From Bdellovibrionota bacterium (GTDB taxonomy: Bacteria > Bdellovibrionota_C > UBA2361 > OMII01), in the NCBI GenBank assembly GCA_044356215.1, contig JBIKWQ010000017.1, positions 1-47,864 of the forward strand: a DNA stretch of 47,864 nucleotides, written 5' to 3'. Below are positions 45,941 to 47,864 of the stretch, piece after piece; position 1 is the stretch's first letter; the number at the start of each line of letters is the position of its first letter. The position numbers and the translations under genes are program-made. A model generated the notes under the pieces. It was not told where the DNA came from. It did no database searches and was given only the letters and a program-made list of their open reading frames with translations.

Positions 45941-47269
45941 CTACCTCTTCAATGACAGCGCGGCCTCTCGATACGAGACATCAAGTGGCAACTCCAACTT
46001 CTCTGGCAAACTCGAGAATCTGTAGCGGTGAGGCTCTTGCTCGAGCCTCTCCCTAAATGCGCTAACACGGCTGACAACAACCCAGTGAGGATCGTTGTTT
46101 TGACACCGATAGACAAAGATCTCTCGTTGTCTAAGAACTCCATCAGCTACCGGGCCTAGTTCCCGTACCTCCATAATCCTGCGCGCCCCAGTGTGCTTAC
46201 AGACATCTACTACGACCATAACTTGCACCGCTGTCGCCACCTGAGCACCCAACAGACCGCGATCAGCATTTCTCTGAACACGCGCCAAGAAAAGCTCAAG
46301 CCGCGTTACCGCGTCCACAACGTTACGCCCATGAATCGTCGAGAGTCCCGAGTGTCCGGATGCACAAACATCAACAAAGGCCTCGGCGGCCTCAGCATCG
46401 CGGATCTCACCGAAGATAATCCTGTTCATCGCCATACGCATACCAGCGCGAATACACTGCGCGGGAGAGACCCTTCCAGTACCCTCAAGGTTCTCCTCTC
46501 GTGTCGTCATATAACGCACATGCGGATGGTCTAATCGAATCTCTGGGGTGTCCTCTATTACCAGAACCGACTCATCCCCTGGGATCGTTCCAGCTAAAGC
46601 TCTTGCCAGAGTAGTTTTTCCGGTACCCACCTCGCCCACTATCATAATCGTCCGGCTTATCCCGACTATCGCCCGTAGATAATCAAAGACAGCGCGCGGG
46701 GCTAAGCCAACTTTTTCAAGATCATCTAAGCGGACCGATGTGAATCGATTGATGCGGATCGTTAAGTATGGGCCGTCATCACAGAGAGATTTATGAACGG
46801 CATGAATCCGAACCAGAGAACCAACCATACCATCAGCTATCGGCTGCTTAGTTGAGTATGATGTTCCGGCGCGGTGTAGCAGCCTCTCTACATAAGCTTC
46901 ATACGAGCGCTGATCAGGGAACTTAACCTGAGTTCTCAGACAGCGGCGTCCCTGCTGGACTGATATCTTCGAGAATCCCGCCACTATAATATCTGAGATC
47001 TTCGCATCATCGATTAGAGGCTGCAGTAAGCCAAAGGGATGAAGGTCGCCCTCTAGATGTGAGAGTATCTCATCGCGCTCAAAACTTGATAACTCCACCC
47101 CAGCCCTAGCCGCAGATTCAGCGACTATAGATGTGATATCCCCATCGCGCGCGGTTTGTTTACCGAGCTCACCGCGAGCCAATTGACGTCTTGAGTCCTC
47201 GAGCACATGCGCCAGCAAGGGCGACAAAGCGGAGCTCGGGTAGCCGTGTGAGTGATCACTAATCGACAT
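45941..47269 (-). CDS. cpaF: Tad/Flp assembly ATPase TadA/CpaF
   Basis: FGLLQPLIDD..ISDI, Walker A GEVGTGKTT, IEDTPE, GEIRDAEA, SGHSGLSTIH; GGAGGT RBS before ATG 47269. Confidence 0.92.
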   Translation of the reverse strand: MSISDHSHGYPSSALSPLLAHVLEDSRRQLARGELGKQTARDGDITSIVAESAARAGVELSSFERDEILSHLEGDLHPFGLLQPLIDDAKISDIIVAGFSKISVQQGRRCLRTQVKFPDQRSYEAYVERLLHRAGTSYSTKQPIADGMVGSLVRIHAVHKSLCDDGPYLTIRINRFTSVRLDDLEKVGLAPRAVFDYLRAIVGISRTIMIVGEVGTGKTTLARALAGTIPGDESVLVIEDTPEIRLDHPHVRYMTTREENLEGTGRVSPAQCIRAGMRMAMNRIIFGEIRDAEAAEAFVDVCASGHSGLSTIHGRNVVDAVTRLELFLARVQRNADRGLLGAQVATAVQVMVVVDVCKHTGARRIMEVRELGPVADGVLRQREIFVYRCQNNDPHWVVVSRVSAFRERLEQEPHRYRFSSLPEKLELPLDVSYREAALSLKR

Positions 47270-47864
47270 CAGCCAAACCTCCCGCACCCGACTTCGCGCC
47301 CAAGAGAAATCCTTCTGGCAGAGTATCAGTGGCGATCCACTCACCATCAACTAGCGCGTATTGCCTCCGCTTGTCGCCATGACCGAAAGCGACTACTCCA
47401 TCAATGCGCGCCTTGGCAGTCTGCTTCTTAATCGGAGAGAGATCATCCGACGAGAAGTGAGTAGCACGCCAACTATCCTCATCCTTTGAGCTCCTAAGAG
47501 CGAAAGCTATCCTCCCTAGAGGGACCGCCGTGTTGATCGCTAAGCACTGTTCCTGTGTCACCAAGAGCGTCGCAGTACTGGGAACACCGCTACCTGGGCC
47601 CCGAGATAGCTCAACCGGAGCTAGCGATCTCTCGGCTGATATCACTCGAACGCGCTCCGCTATTACGGTAGTTCGGGTCTTCTCAACTAATAGAACATCA
47701 ACTACAGAGCCGCTACGAGCCCAACCCTCTACCGCCGATGTAGCGTCAACCTTTACGGTCATCGCCCGCATTCCAGGAGGGATGCGCCCTAAGATCGGAT
47801 TCTTCGCCTCGTCCTGATTACCCAGATTAGCCTCCATTATCGGCAATCCCCCAGGAAGAGCTAC
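47259..47864 (-). CDS. cpaB: Flp pilus assembly protein CpaB/RcpC (5' end outside the window)
   Basis: IPPGMRAMTVKVD..VEGWARSGSVVDVL..TATLLVT..FALR; frame is open to the window end. Confidence 0.88.
   Translation of the reverse strand, partial: VALPGGLPIMEANLGNQDEAKNPILGRIPPGMRAMTVKVDATSAVEGWARSGSVVDVLLVEKTRTTVIAERVRVISAERSLAPVELSRGPGSGVPSTATLLVTQEQCLAINTAVPLGRIAFALRSSKDEDSWRATHFSSDDLSPIKKQTAKARIDGVVAFGHGDKRRQYALVDGEWIATDTLPEGFLLGAKSGAGGLADVD

Overview
Chromosomal segment of a diderm bacterium; the RpoH-type sigma factor and CxxxY-type CcmE suggest a delta-proteobacteria/Bdellovibrionota-like lineage (inference only). In order along the window: an IS5-type MITE with a nested REP-like doublet; acyl-CoA thioesterase; a minus-strand run of rpoH, a lipoprotein, ccmE-F-(small ORF)-A-B-C-D and engB; pilC, a type IV pilin and an FN3 lipoprotein. 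A tightly packed ~17 kb minus-strand run (27624->10763) follows. It has seven uncharacterised genes built around a GlmL/MutL-like actin-fold ATPase and a DUF6754-like protein with no B12 mutase partner, then a glycosylation cassette (methyltransferase, split transketolase, epimerase-GT2 fusion, three GT-C-like proteins). Next come a subtilase and a 30.6-33.4 kb decay hotspot: an internally deleted IS5 with ~65-bp TIRs and a TTAG target duplication, an AAA-ATPase gene stump missing from the ORF track, an AbiEi-like antitoxin split by a MITE with target duplication, and a probable AbiEii stump. The rest holds coiled-coil genes, DoxX, an amidinotransferase, a DUF4143 ATPase preceded by a perfect 42-bp palindrome, an acyltransferase, a lone nuoB, and a Tad pilus operon ending in a PilB-N/receiver fusion and a hybrid kinase. 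A ~160-bp MITE occurs four times. No rRNA, tRNA or CRISPR array was seen. All calls come from motif recognition by eye; no database searches were run.
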